Program-made: the position numbers and the translations under genes | Notes under the pieces: generated by a model | The model's database searches: none | Told to the model about the DNA's origin: nothing | The model's input: only the letters and a program-made list of their open reading frames with translations | Part shown: piece by piece, positions 1 through 9,566 of the stretch | Layout: each line of letters begins with the position of its first letter | How positions within the stretch are numbered: the stretch's first letter is position 1 | Source of the DNA: an uncultured Chlorobiaceae bacterium | GTDB taxonomy: Bacteria > Bacteroidota > Ignavibacteria > UBA10030 > SZUA-254 | Direction: 5' to 3' | NCBI GenBank assembly: GCA_964596065.1 | Contig: CAZQSM010000002.1 | Location: 10,361 to 74,360, forward strand | DNA: 64,000 bases

Positions 1-656
1 TCTCGGCGTTCGCGGGCGACAACGGCTGCGTGCCGCTCGCGAAGCGGGAACTGCGCATCCCGGACAGGCGAAAAGCCTGGAAGGCCGGCATCATCATGGC
101 CGCGGCCGTGGGCGCCGCCGCCTTCGGCCTGCTTCCGGCGGCGATATCGTTTACCCTCGGCGTGCTGGCCTCCATGGCGTTGCGCACGGTGTCGCCGCGC
201 TCGGTCTACGGTGCCGTCGACTGGCCGGTGATCGTGCTGCTCGGGGCGCTGATGCCGGTGGCCGGCGCGATGGAGTCCAGCGGTACCGCCGACCTCATCG
301 CGCGCTTCCTGCTCGACAGGGTGGCGCAGGGCAACGCGGTGGTGGGGCTGGCGCTTATCCTCATCGTCAGCATGTTCCTGTCCGACCTGATGAACAACGC
401 CGCCACCGCTGCCGTCATGTGCCCGATCGCCATCGCCTCCGCCCTGGCGCTCGGCGTCAACGCCGATTCTTTCCTGATGGCGGTGGCGATCGGCGCCTCC
501 TGCGCCTTTCTCACCCCCATCGGCCACCAGAACAACACTCTGATCCTGGGGCCCGGCGGCTTTCGCTTCGGCGATTACTGGAAGCTGGGCGTGCCGCTGG
601 AGATCCTGGTGGTCGCGATCAGTATTCCGCTGCTGCTCCTGGTGTGGCCGCTGTGA
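1..656 (+). CDS. SLC13/DASS-family anion permease, C-terminal part (gene runs off the 5' edge of the window)
   Basis: ORF 30..656 translation carries conserved DASS permease C-terminal motifs (SDLMNNAATAAVMCPIA; FLTPIGHQNNTLILGPGG). The reading frame is open to the window edge. Confidence 0.7.
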   Translation, partial: SAFAGDNGCVPLAKRELRIPDRRKAWKAGIIMAAAVGAAAFGLLPAAISFTLGVLASMALRTVSPRSVYGAVDWPVIVLLGALMPVAGAMESSGTADLIARFLLDRVAQGNAVVGLALILIVSMFLSDLMNNAATAAVMCPIAIASALALGVNADSFLMAVAIGASCAFLTPIGHQNNTLILGPGGFRFGDYWKLGVPLEILVVAISIPLLLLVWPL

Positions 657-836
657 GTGACGGCCTGGGTGGCAGCGGACGGCGCCCGGACGCCGCTGAA
701 CCGGCCGGCCTGACAAGTCGTTCGAGCAGACAAGGGCGATCGTCACGCAGCCTGAGTCCGGTGGCATCCTTACGGGCAAGCCGGCCGCCAACCGGCCCGG
801 GCAGCGTGCCTCTTCCATTCAGCACCGTAGGACGCG

Positions 837-1223
837 ATGGGAAAGCGTGATCGATTTGCGAGCCAAGTATTCCTGATCGCGGGAATTTACGGGGTTATTG
901 TACTGTTCCCGCACTATTTCCTGGAGGGGGTGATCGGGAGAGATGATCCGCCACCGATCACGCATCCGGAACATTTCTATGGATTTATCGGTGTGGCATT
1001 AACATGGCAAATCATTTTTTTCGTAATATCCAGGGATGTTCAACGCTACAGACTCCTGATGCTGCCCGCCGTCCTCGAAAAGCTGTCCTTCGGACTGGCA
1101 TCGGTGATCCTCTATGCCGATGGCCGGGTGGCGGTGTCGGTCCTGGCCGCCGGAGGTATCGATCTGGTCCTGGCGGTTTTCTTCATCGTCGCGTTCCGCG
1201 CGACACGCGTCCAGCGGTCATGA
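837..1223 (+). CDS. hypothetical small membrane protein (3-4 predicted TM helices)
   Basis: ATG-initiated 128-aa ORF with hydrophobic segments; no recognisable domain. Confidence 0.4.
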   Translation: MGKRDRFASQVFLIAGIYGVIVLFPHYFLEGVIGRDDPPPITHPEHFYGFIGVALTWQIIFFVISRDVQRYRLLMLPAVLEKLSFGLASVILYADGRVAVSVLAAGGIDLVLAVFFIVAFRATRVQRS

Positions 1224-1350
1224 TCGACGCGGCAGGGTTCGGGGCGGGTGTTGTGGGTAGGAATCCGACGGCCGATACGCGCCCGCCGGACCGGTCGCTC
1301 CATCCGGGGCGTCTGGGGCGGGCTTCCCCGGCACCCGCGAAAAAAGGGAC

Positions 1351-2088
1351 ATGAAAGACACGCGTCATTTATACACGGATCTGGCATGGCTCTGGCCCCT
1401 GTGGGGCGAGCCCGACGGGGAGTACGCGCACTACTGCCGGCACGTCACCGGACTGATTCGCCGGTACGCGGGGCGCCCGGTTGCGACATTGCTGGATATC
1501 GGATGCGGTGGCGGGAAAAACGTCCTGAACCTGAAACGGGAGTTCGCCGTGACCGGTCTCGACCTCAGTCCCGCCATGCTCGCGCAGGCGAAGGAACTGA
1601 ACCCGGACTGCACGTTTGTCGAGGGCGACATGAGGCTGACCAGGCTCGGTCGGACGTTCGACGCGGTGTTGATGGACGACGCCATCACACACATGAACTG
1701 CCGGGACGACTTCGCGGCGGCATTACGCACCGCGCATGACCACCTGAATCCGGGCGGCGTCCTGGTTGTCACTCCCGACGTGACGACCGGGACGTTCCGA
1801 CAGAACAAGACCACTTCGACCCCGGCCGCGAAGGACGGCGTGGACGTGGTCTTCATCGAGAACGTGTATGACCCCGATCCGACAGACGAACAATTTGAAA
1901 CGACAATCCTGTACCTGATCCGGAACCACGGCGACTTGCGGATCGAGGCCGAACACTGGACGATGGGTATCTTTTCATTGGACACGTGGAGAGGCGTTCT
2001 GCGCGAAACGGGTTTCCGGGTGCATGAGGGGCCGTACAGTGCGGGCGGGGAGGAGTACACGGTGTTCGCCGGCGTGAAGGCGGGATGA
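1351..2088 (+). CDS. class I SAM-dependent methyltransferase
   Basis: Motif I LLDIGCGGGKN and the acidic loop LDLSPAML are typical of the Methyltransf_11/25 fold. Confidence 0.75.
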   Translation: MKDTRHLYTDLAWLWPLWGEPDGEYAHYCRHVTGLIRRYAGRPVATLLDIGCGGGKNVLNLKREFAVTGLDLSPAMLAQAKELNPDCTFVEGDMRLTRLGRTFDAVLMDDAITHMNCRDDFAAALRTAHDHLNPGGVLVVTPDVTTGTFRQNKTTSTPAAKDGVDVVFIENVYDPDPTDEQFETTILYLIRNHGDLRIEAEHWTMGIFSLDTWRGVLRETGFRVHEGPYSAGGEEYTVFAGVKAG

Positions 2089-2492
2089 ATGCCGAAGGAG
2101 AAAGCGGGGGTTCGCGCGGAGATGAAGCTCACGATCGGCGCATCGGCCACCTCGACTCCCGCGTTCCCGACGTGTCCGCGGCGAAGCGGTACCGTTCCTC
2201 CGTCGTCGGCCGGGTTTTCACCGATTATGGTCCCGACTACGCAGGTTTTCCGGATGGCCGGCTTTCCGGTGGATTCACCGCGTCCGGGGAGATCGTCGCG
2301 GGTGGTCCCCTTGTCGTTCCGTACGCCATCGATCTTTCCGTCATCAGGAAACTCATTGATCACCACATTTTCACAGATCGGCCAGGAATGGGTGTATTGA
2401 AGGCGCCCTACCCCTCAAACGAAGGCTGCGGGGTGGAATCCCGTTTTGTATCGATGGTGAAGGCGGTCGGTCCATGATAGGGGGAATTTGAA

Positions 2493-3185
2493 ATGAACAT
2501 CTGCATCGTCGGCGGCTCCGGTAAACTCGGCAGGTACATGGTTCAGCATGCGCTCGATCGGGGGTATGATGTGAGATGCGTCTGTCGGGAAAAGAGCGCG
2601 GGAAAACTCGACGCGTTCAAGGGACGCATCACCATATTCCCCGGCGCGACGGACGACCGAGAGGTCGTCAGGGCGGCCGTCGCAGGGTGCGACGGAGTCC
2701 TGACCGTCCTGGTACCCTGGGGGGTGCATGGCTACTCGACCGGGACGGCCCGGGCCGTACTCGACCACGCCTCCCCGGGGGCGCGCCTCATTTTCTCGTG
2801 CGGGTGGCACATCACGCGCGACGGCCAGGATCAATATTCACTCAAGCTGAAGATGTTCGCGGCGGTATTCGGGTGGATCGCAAAGCTGACCCGCCTGGCC
2901 GATCTGGACGACCAGGTCAACGCGTGTCGGCGGATATTCGAGAGTGATGCGCGTTGGACGGTGGTCCGCGGAAGCGACCTGGAGGAGGGGGAAAGCCAGG
3001 GTCTGCCCGTGTGGAGCCGACATGTCGGCGACCCGGTTCTGCACAGCAATCTCACCAGACGGATCGATTTCGCATTATTTATGGTCGATGCCCTGACGAA
3101 TGATGAGTTGATCCGTGAGGCGCCTGCGATTGTCGGGTGCCGGACCGCCTCGGCGCTGGCGCACACGCGGCCGGCCGAACCGTAG
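2493..3185 (+). CDS. NAD(P)H-binding protein (NmrA/SDR-like Rossmann fold)
   Basis: N-terminal IVGGSGKLGRYMVQHAL glycine-rich dinucleotide-binding motif; size about 230 aa; GGGGGAA ribosome-binding site upstream of the ATG. Confidence 0.65.
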   Translation: MNICIVGGSGKLGRYMVQHALDRGYDVRCVCREKSAGKLDAFKGRITIFPGATDDREVVRAAVAGCDGVLTVLVPWGVHGYSTGTARAVLDHASPGARLIFSCGWHITRDGQDQYSLKLKMFAAVFGWIAKLTRLADLDDQVNACRRIFESDARWTVVRGSDLEEGESQGLPVWSRHVGDPVLHSNLTRRIDFALFMVDALTNDELIREAPAIVGCRTASALAHTRPAEP

Positions 3186-3455
3186 GATGTTCGTCGCGTG
3201 TTTCGAGCGGACGGGCGGTCGCAAGCCGCCGCCGACCTCCCCGGCGGCTGAGCTCTACCGTTCGGGATGCGGTATCGGGGCTCCCCGGTGCATTCCAGGC
3301 GGTGCCAGGCAGTTCCGTCCTCCGTCGCGCGGCTTTATCGGAATAATTTCGTACCATTGGGGCATGATCGACGGGGAGCGTCCCCGCACATCCAAAGTCG
3401 CAACCGTGAAAACATACAAGCCGCATTCCTCCAATAATCAAAGGGCTGATGCGCC

Positions 3456-3902
3456 ATGACATCACCTCCGAAGTGGTATCTGCCGGTAACAATCACCGCA
3501 CTCGTGTGGAATTTTCTCGGATGCGCCGCCTATCTGGGCGACGTGATGTTGACGCCGGAGGATGTCGCCCTGATGAGTCCGGCGCAACAATCGCTGTACG
3601 CTTCAAGGACGTGGTGGTCGGTCTCCGCGACGGCGATCGCCGTCTGGTGCGGAGCGGCGGGTTCACTCGGCCTCGTCCTGCGGCGACGATGGGGAAAACC
3701 GCTGCTGATCGCATCGCTGACGGGCATCATCATCCAGGACCTGGGCCTCCTCTTTTTCACTGACGCGGGATCAGCAGCGGGGCCCGTCGGCATCGGCCTC
3801 CAGGGCCTGGTGCTGGTGATCGCCGCGGGCCTGGTCCTGCTCGCCGTCACGGCGGGCTCGCGCGGTTGGATTCCCGGGCGGACGACCGCACAGCAAGGAT
3901 AG
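3456..3902 (+). CDS. hypothetical integral membrane protein
   Basis: 148-aa ORF with four hydrophobic helices; no known motif recognised. Confidence 0.4.
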   Translation: MTSPPKWYLPVTITALVWNFLGCAAYLGDVMLTPEDVALMSPAQQSLYASRTWWSVSATAIAVWCGAAGSLGLVLRRRWGKPLLIASLTGIIIQDLGLLFFTDAGSAAGPVGIGLQGLVLVIAAGLVLLAVTAGSRGWIPGRTTAQQG

Positions 3903-3970
3903 CGATCTCAATCAGTCTCCGACCTGAGTACTGAACATTCACTGAACAATACCCGAAGGAATCCCATCGT

Positions 3971-4309
3971 ATGCAAACGATAACACGATTGGTCGTCATC
4001 GCGAGCCTCCTCGCCGGCCTGACCTCCTGTTCCACCGACCCGCCGCGCGTCCGCGTTTCGAACCAGCGGGGGGAAATCACGGATGTCCAGCTGAAGCGCT
4101 CATCGGGCAATACCTACAATTTGAACGATGTCGGGCCCAACAGCGCGACAGGGTATATCAACGTGGAGCCGTCCAATTACGAGGTCGACGCGAACGTCGA
4201 AGGTATTTCCCCCTCGGCGACAACATTTTTCACCGCGGATGAGGATGAATCGTATACCATCGTCGTGCTGAACACGACGCCGCCGACGTTGAGGGTGGAC
4301 AGACCGTGA
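3971..4309 (+). CDS. hypothetical lipoprotein
   Basis: Signal peptide ending in lipobox LAGLTSC; rest is hydrophilic. Confidence 0.5.
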   Translation: MQTITRLVVIASLLAGLTSCSTDPPRVRVSNQRGEITDVQLKRSSGNTYNLNDVGPNSATGYINVEPSNYEVDANVEGISPSATTFFTADEDESYTIVVLNTTPPTLRVDRP

Positions 4310-4350
4310 CGCCGCGCCGGCCGGCACAACCGTTGCCAGGGTGATCGGTC

Positions 4351-4815
4351 GTGAAGGTCCCTTCCACCATCGCCGGGTTTCTCTCGGGAAAGCGTATCGC
4401 CGTGGCCGGCGTCTCCCGGGGAAATACCAGCGCGGCCAATCCGGTATTCCGGAAGCTCCGTGCCAGCGGGTACGAGGTTTTTCCCGTGAATCCAAAAGCG
4501 ACCCGGGTTGAAGGAGAACCCTGTTATCCGAGTGTTACGGCGGTCCCCGGACATCTGGACGGGGTTGTCGTTGCCACCCCCCCGGAGGCGGGTCTGACGG
4601 TGGTTCGCCAGTCGATCGAACGGGGAGTGGATCGAATCTGGTTTCACCGGTCGATCGGAAAGGGGAGCGTCTCGCGGGAGGCCGTGGATGAATGCGAAAA
4701 GCACGGGGTCCGATACATCGTCGGGGGATGCCCCCTGATGTTCTGCGAACCTGTCGACTTCGGGCATCGATGCCTCCGGGGATGGATGAGCTGGCGGGGG
4801 CGATTGCCGGCCTGA
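4351..4815 (+). CDS. CoA-binding domain protein (YccU-like)
   Basis: GTG start; KRIAVAGVSRGNTSAANPVFRKL plus GYEVFPVNP and VDRIWF motifs are characteristic of the CoA_binding_2 family. Confidence 0.6.
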   Translation: MKVPSTIAGFLSGKRIAVAGVSRGNTSAANPVFRKLRASGYEVFPVNPKATRVEGEPCYPSVTAVPGHLDGVVVATPPEAGLTVVRQSIERGVDRIWFHRSIGKGSVSREAVDECEKHGVRYIVGGCPLMFCEPVDFGHRCLRGWMSWRGRLPA

Positions 4816-4884
4816 GCCGCCCCGACGCGAGCGCCGCCGGCCATGGCGGGGGCGATGACGACGAACAACAACAGAAGACGACCA

Positions 4885-5271
4885 ATGAACCGAGTCAGAG
4901 GCATCGGCGGCATCTTCTTCAAGGCCAAGGACGCTCCGTCACTGCGGGCCTGGTATCAGCGGCATCTGGGGATCGACGTCCAGTCCTGGGGCGGCGCCGC
5001 CTTCACCTGGACAGACGCCGGGGGGAAGCCGGTCGCCGGCACGACCATCTGGTCCATCGGGCCGCAGGAAGGGACGCAATTCGCTCCAAGCTCCGCCCCC
5101 TTCATGATCAATTACCGGGTGGAAGACCTTCGCGCGCTGGTGAAGGCCCTGAAGGAAGAAGGCTGCAATGTGCTGGAAAAGATCGACGAATCGGAATATG
5201 GAACGTTCGCCTGGGTCCTCGATCCGGAGGGGAACAAGGTCGAGCTGTGGCAGCCGCCCGAGGGACAATGA
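4885..5271 (+). CDS. VOC-family (glyoxalase/bleomycin-resistance fold) protein
   Basis: GIGGIFFKAKD ... FAWVLDPEGNKVELWQP is a typical VOC beta-alpha-beta-beta-beta module. An alternative in-frame ATG lies at 4843. Confidence 0.6.
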   Translation: MNRVRGIGGIFFKAKDAPSLRAWYQRHLGIDVQSWGGAAFTWTDAGGKPVAGTTIWSIGPQEGTQFAPSSAPFMINYRVEDLRALVKALKEEGCNVLEKIDESEYGTFAWVLDPEGNKVELWQPPEGQ

Positions 5272-5361
5272 GCGGACCCGTGGCTCCCCTCAAGCTGGCG
5301 CCGGTCGGCGCGTGTTCTTCCTGACGGGTTTCCCCGGCGGCGCGCTCACGGGGCGGGCACG

Positions 5362-5760
5362 ATGAGTCAGGTCCACCAGATCACGCCGATGCTCCACGTG
5401 CCGAACCTCGAGGATGCCCTCCGCCTGCTCTGCGAGACGCTGACGTTCGTCGTTAAATACCGGGAACCGGGGTACGCCTACCTGGAACTGCAGGGCGCCG
5501 GCCTCCGGCTCCTGGAGGAGCCGGGACGCGCCACGCCGCCGGATGGCAAGGCCCGGATGACCGTGTACGTCGACGTGTCCGACGTCGATCGGTTCTACGA
5601 GATGATCCGGCTGAAACTCGGGCAGCTCCCGAAGGAGATGGTCGACACACCGCGCGATAAACCGTGGCGTCAGCGCGAATTCATGGTCAGGTTGCCCGAC
5701 GGGGATTGGATGGCCTTCGGGCAGGCGGTCAAAACTCCCGAAGGATACATTCCCCCTTAA
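5362..5760 (+). CDS. VOC-family (glyoxalase/bleomycin-resistance fold) protein
   Basis: ITPMLHVPNLEDAL ... REFMVRLPDGDWMAF matches the VOC fold. Confidence 0.6.
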   Translation: MSQVHQITPMLHVPNLEDALRLLCETLTFVVKYREPGYAYLELQGAGLRLLEEPGRATPPDGKARMTVYVDVSDVDRFYEMIRLKLGQLPKEMVDTPRDKPWRQREFMVRLPDGDWMAFGQAVKTPEGYIPP

Positions 5761-5907
5761 AACGCGCTCTATGGCGCACGCCGGCAGTCCCCCCCGGCCC
5801 CCGGTCCGGACTGCTTGGAGTTATCATATTCTATCCATAGTTTCACCCGGGACGTTCCCCGGCCTTCCGGGCGGAATCGTCCGGCAAACCAACCTGAAGG
5901 AGGTTCG

Positions 5908-6276
5908 ATGAAAGCCGACAAGAAGCACCGATCCGGCGTCACGCGGATCCTCGACTCACTCCAGGAACCGATCGCGGGATACGCCCGCGATCTCCGCGGC
6001 ATCATCCGGAAGGCGGAGCCGGGGATATCCGAAGGAATCAAGTGGGGCATGCCGGTCTATGAAAAGGAGAGGCTGGTCTGCGCGATCCGACCCGGCAGAG
6101 ACTACGTCGCGCTTCAATTCTACACCAGTGGCACCAGCCTGAGCGATCCCAGTGCGCTGCTCGAAGGGACGGGAAAAAAGATGCGACACGTCAAGATCCG
6201 CTCAAAGCGCGACATCAAAAAGAGAATATTCACGGCCTGGATCAGACAGGCCGCGGCGACGGCCGGGAAATCGTGA
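5908..6276 (+). CDS. DUF1801 (YdhG-like) domain protein
   Basis: GAAGGAGG ribosome-binding site then ATG; IKWGMPVYEKERLVCAIRPGRDYVALQFY is the DUF1801 signature. The upstream part of ORF 5815.. was rejected. Confidence 0.6.
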   Translation: MKADKKHRSGVTRILDSLQEPIAGYARDLRGIIRKAEPGISEGIKWGMPVYEKERLVCAIRPGRDYVALQFYTSGTSLSDPSALLEGTGKKMRHVKIRSKRDIKKRIFTAWIRQAAATAGKS

Positions 6277-6286
6277 CCGGTCGCGG

Positions 6287-6745
6287 ATGACGATGACTGT
6301 CCAACCCGGATCGATCCACTACGTCGAAATCGTGACACCGGATGTCGAAGCCGTTCGCGCCCTCTACGAAACGTGCCACGGAGTACGCTTCCAGCCGAAG
6401 GACCCCGTACTCGGGAACGCCCATGTGGCGGCACTTCCGGCCGGACCCCTCTGCGGGATCCGGGCGCCGATGCACAGCGCCGAAAAACCGGTGGTGCGTA
6501 CCTACCTCCGCGTGAACAATCTCGCGAACTCCGTCCAGCTGGCCGCCGTGCGGGGCGCGAATATTCTGCTCGAGCGAATGGAGCTCCCCGGGCGCGGGAT
6601 CATCGCGATCTACGAACAGGGGGGTGTCGAACACGGGCTCTGGCAGGTTGAACAGTCTCCCGGCGCAACGGCGGTCGCTCACGCCGGCGGAGGAAACGAT
6701 CGTCGACGCACCCGCGGCGGGGGCGGGACGAACGCCGGACGATGA
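6287..6745 (+). CDS. VOC/glyoxalase-like domain protein
   Basis: IHYVEIVTPDVEAVRALYETCHGVRF ... GIIAIYEQGGVEHGLWQ resembles a glyoxalase-like domain. The C-terminal approximately 35 aa are low-complexity. Confidence 0.5.
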   Translation: MTMTVQPGSIHYVEIVTPDVEAVRALYETCHGVRFQPKDPVLGNAHVAALPAGPLCGIRAPMHSAEKPVVRTYLRVNNLANSVQLAAVRGANILLERMELPGRGIIAIYEQGGVEHGLWQVEQSPGATAVAHAGGGNDRRRTRGGGGTNAGR

Positions 6746-7488
6746 AGGAACTCGGGCAAATATCTGAAATCGTGCGCTATCCCGTCAAGTCGATGGCCGG
6801 CGCTGCGACGGACGCGGCGTTCCTGGGGTGGCACGGGCTGGCCGGGGACCGGCGCTTCGCCTTCCGGCGGCTTGGAGACGAGGGCGGCTTCCCCTGGCTG
6901 ATCGCGAGCCGCGTCCCGGAACTGCTCCTGTACCATCCGATGGGTTTCGACGAGACAACCGGGGAACCGCTGCCGACGCGCGTCCGCACACCCGCGGGGA
7001 CCGAGCTGGAGCTCCGCGGCGCGCAGCTGCGGGACGAAATCGCCGGGCGGTTGGGTGCCGGGGTGGAACTGATGAACTTCAGAAACGGGATCTTCGATGA
7101 TGCCCCGGTATCGGTCATCAGCCAGGCGACGATCGCGGCCATCTGCACCCGGTCGGGGGTGGCGCCCGACCGGCGACGCTTCCGGGCCAACATCGTGCTC
7201 GACGCGGGCGACCCCGCCCCGTTTCACGAGGATGGTTGGGTCGGGGGGACGCTGACGTTCGGAGACGTCAGTTCCGGGCCCGCCGTGGGGGTGACGTCCC
7301 GGGACGTGCGATGCGTGATGATCAACCTCGATCCGGATACTGCGGAAAAGGACGCCAGCGTGCTGAAGGCGGCGGTCGCGCTGAACCGGAACAACGCGGG
7401 GGTCTACGGGACGGTGTTGCGGACCGGCACGGTCCGGGTAGGCGATCGCGTGCGGTTCGCCACCGGTACCCGACGCGCCGGTCGTTGA
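6742..7488 (+). CDS. MOSC-domain protein (MOSC N-terminal beta-barrel plus MOSC)
   Basis: IVRYPVKSMAGAA... and FRANIVLD...GWVGGTLTFGDV...VTSRDVRCVMINLDPDT match the MOSC family. Start overlaps the upstream stop codon. Confidence 0.7.
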   Translation: MKELGQISEIVRYPVKSMAGAATDAAFLGWHGLAGDRRFAFRRLGDEGGFPWLIASRVPELLLYHPMGFDETTGEPLPTRVRTPAGTELELRGAQLRDEIAGRLGAGVELMNFRNGIFDDAPVSVISQATIAAICTRSGVAPDRRRFRANIVLDAGDPAPFHEDGWVGGTLTFGDVSSGPAVGVTSRDVRCVMINLDPDTAEKDASVLKAAVALNRNNAGVYGTVLRTGTVRVGDRVRFATGTRRAGR

Positions 7489-7530
7489 CTGACATCTGCC
7501 GCGCACACTGACGAACCGGGGAAAGCATTC

Positions 7531-8193
7531 GTGTCCAACAAGACCTTTACGCTCTCCGACGAGCTCCAAGCCTATCTCACGCGGGTGTCGGTGCGCGAGC
7601 CTCCGCTCCTCGCACGGCTGCGCAGGGAGACCGCGTCCGAGCCGAAGTCGCGGATGCAGATATCGCCGGAACAGGGGCAGTTCATGCAGCTGCTGGTCAG
7701 GCTCCTCGGGGCGAAGCGCTGCCTCGAGGTCGGCGTCTTCACCGGCTACAGCAGCCTCTGCGTCGCGCTCGCGCTTCCGGACGACGGCCGCCTCCTTGCG
7801 TGCGACGTGGACGAACAGTGGACATCCGTCGCGCGCCGATACTGGAAGGATGCCGGGGTCGCGGAGAAAATCGAGCTGAGGCTGGCGCCGGCGCTGGCAA
7901 CGCTTGACGAAGAGCTGGCGGCGGGACGCGCCGGCAGTTACGACTTCGCGTTCATCGACGCCGACAAGGAGAATTACGTGGAATATTACGAGCGCTGCCT
8001 GAAACTGCTGCGGCCCGGCGGCCTGATCGCCGTCGACAACGTCCTCTGGAACGGGCGGGTGGCCGACCCCGCGGAGCAGTCCGGGGACACGCTCGCGATC
8101 CGCGCCTTCAACAACCACGTCCGGTGTGATGAGCGGGTCGACCTGAGCCTCATCCCGATCTCGGACGGGATCACGATCTGCCGCAAACGGTGA
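7531..8193 (+). CDS. class I SAM-dependent O-methyltransferase (caffeoyl-CoA OMT family 3)
   Basis: GTG start; KRCLEVGVFTGYSSLCVALAL, YDFAFIDADKENY and GGLIAVDNVLWNGRV are hallmarks of the family. Confidence 0.75.
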   Translation: MSNKTFTLSDELQAYLTRVSVREPPLLARLRRETASEPKSRMQISPEQGQFMQLLVRLLGAKRCLEVGVFTGYSSLCVALALPDDGRLLACDVDEQWTSVARRYWKDAGVAEKIELRLAPALATLDEELAAGRAGSYDFAFIDADKENYVEYYERCLKLLRPGGLIAVDNVLWNGRVADPAEQSGDTLAIRAFNNHVRCDERVDLSLIPISDGITICRKR

Positions 8194-8220
8194 AATGAAG
8201 GACCCCCGGCCGCCCCTACC

Positions 8221-8553
8221 ATGCCGACGTCGATGCTGACGTTCATCCGAACCGCGCACACGGTCGTCTGGGCGGCCTTCGTCGGCTGCATCGCCGGCAT
8301 CTACGTCTGCGCGCATTCAGGGGAATTCGGCACGGCGCTCCTCCTCACCGGGATCATCACGGGAGAAGTGGGGATACTCGCCTTCAACGGATGGCGCTGT
8401 CCGCTGACGAACGTGGCGGCGCGTTACACGGAAGACCGGGCGCCGAATTTCGATATCTATCTGCCGCGCTGGCTCGCGGAGCACAACAAGGGCGTTTTCG
8501 GCAGCCTGTTCGCGGGCGGGATCGGATACGCCATCATCCGCTGGTTTGGCTGA
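8221..8553 (+). CDS. small membrane protein (DUF2784-like)
   Basis: 110 aa with two hydrophobic helices and a GWRCPLT motif. Confidence 0.45.
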   Translation: MPTSMLTFIRTAHTVVWAAFVGCIAGIYVCAHSGEFGTALLLTGIITGEVGILAFNGWRCPLTNVAARYTEDRAPNFDIYLPRWLAEHNKGVFGSLFAGGIGYAIIRWFG

Positions 8554-8574
8554 ACGGGGCAAGGGGGTGACACG

Positions 8575-9006
8575 ATGAAACGCTCACCGGAATTACGCGA
8601 CCTCTCGTCGGACCACCATCACGGGCTGGCGCTGGCGAGGATGGCGAGACGGTCCGCCGCGGGCGGCGGGGACCGCCCCATCGCCGAGGTGTGGACGGAA
8701 ATCGTGGAGAAATTTCGGGTTGAACTCGATCCCCATTTCCAGGTCGAGGAGTCGGCACTCGCCCCCGCCCTGGAGGCCCACGGGGCCTCTGCGCTGGTCC
8801 GGCGGCTGCTGGAGGAGCACGCCCTCCTGCGCGCGTCTGTCCGTCCGGGTGCGGGCCGGACATCGGCCGACCTGGAGGACTTCGGAGAGCTGCTCGAACG
8901 GCACATCCGGTTCGAGGAGCGTGAATTGTTCGACGCGGCCCAGCGGCTGTTGAGCGTCGACGAGCTGAAGGCCGTCGCCGAGGCTTCCAGGATGAGAAAC
9001 CGGTGA
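8575..9006 (+). CDS. hemerythrin-domain protein
   Basis: HHHGLALAR ... HFQVEE ... HIRFEERELF has His/Glu spacing typical of a hemerythrin-like cation-binding domain. Confidence 0.55.
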   Translation: MKRSPELRDLSSDHHHGLALARMARRSAAGGGDRPIAEVWTEIVEKFRVELDPHFQVEESALAPALEAHGASALVRRLLEEHALLRASVRPGAGRTSADLEDFGELLERHIRFEERELFDAAQRLLSVDELKAVAEASRMRNR

Positions 9007-9109
9007 TTGACAACAGGGAGATTCCGATGATGGACAGTGAACGATGCGTGACGCGCGCGCCCGTCGCCCGGGCGGAACCGGGTAATCCAGACGCACGGGG
9101 GGGCCCGCG

Positions 9110-9544
9110 ATGACGAAATTCACCGCCAGGGCCGTGTCGCCCCGGAGGGCCGCCGCGTCGCTGACCGAACTCTGGTCCCCCCGGGTGATCGGCGAGGTCG
9201 ACGACGCCTATGTCAAGGTCGCCAGGGTCCACGGTTCGCTCGCGTGGCACAGCCACGAAAACGAGGACGAACTCTTCCTCATCCTCAAAGGACATCTGCG
9301 GATCGAGATGGAGGATGGCGCCGTCGAACTCGACGAGGGGGAGATGTTCGTCGTGCCCAGGGGCGTTCGCCACAATCCGGTCGCGGACGACGAGTGCCAC
9401 CTGCTGCTCGTGGAGAGAAAGTCGACGCTCCATACCGGCGACGTCGCCACCGGAAAAACACGGTCGCTCGCCGACCAGCTCCGGCCGCTCCCGGGGGATG
9501 AATCCCGCCGCGACAGGGAACCGAAGCGACCGCCATCCTCGTAG
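9110..9544 (+). CDS. cupin-domain protein
   Basis: HSHENEDELFLILKGHLRIEMEDG ... FVVPRGVRHNP matches cupin motifs G(X)5HXH...G(X)5PXG...H. Confidence 0.6.
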   Translation: MTKFTARAVSPRRAAASLTELWSPRVIGEVDDAYVKVARVHGSLAWHSHENEDELFLILKGHLRIEMEDGAVELDEGEMFVVPRGVRHNPVADDECHLLLVERKSTLHTGDVATGKTRSLADQLRPLPGDESRRDREPKRPPSS

Positions 9545-9566
9545 GACACCATCCGGAGGAGATCCC

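Noticed and set aside
2085-2477. Two overlapping small ORFs (130 and 103 aa) in the 400-nt gap between the methyltransferase and NmrA-like genes.
   Set aside because: No motifs, and the two reading frames conflict. The 3' part is AT-richer and looks like the promoter region for the gene at 2493. Left unannotated.
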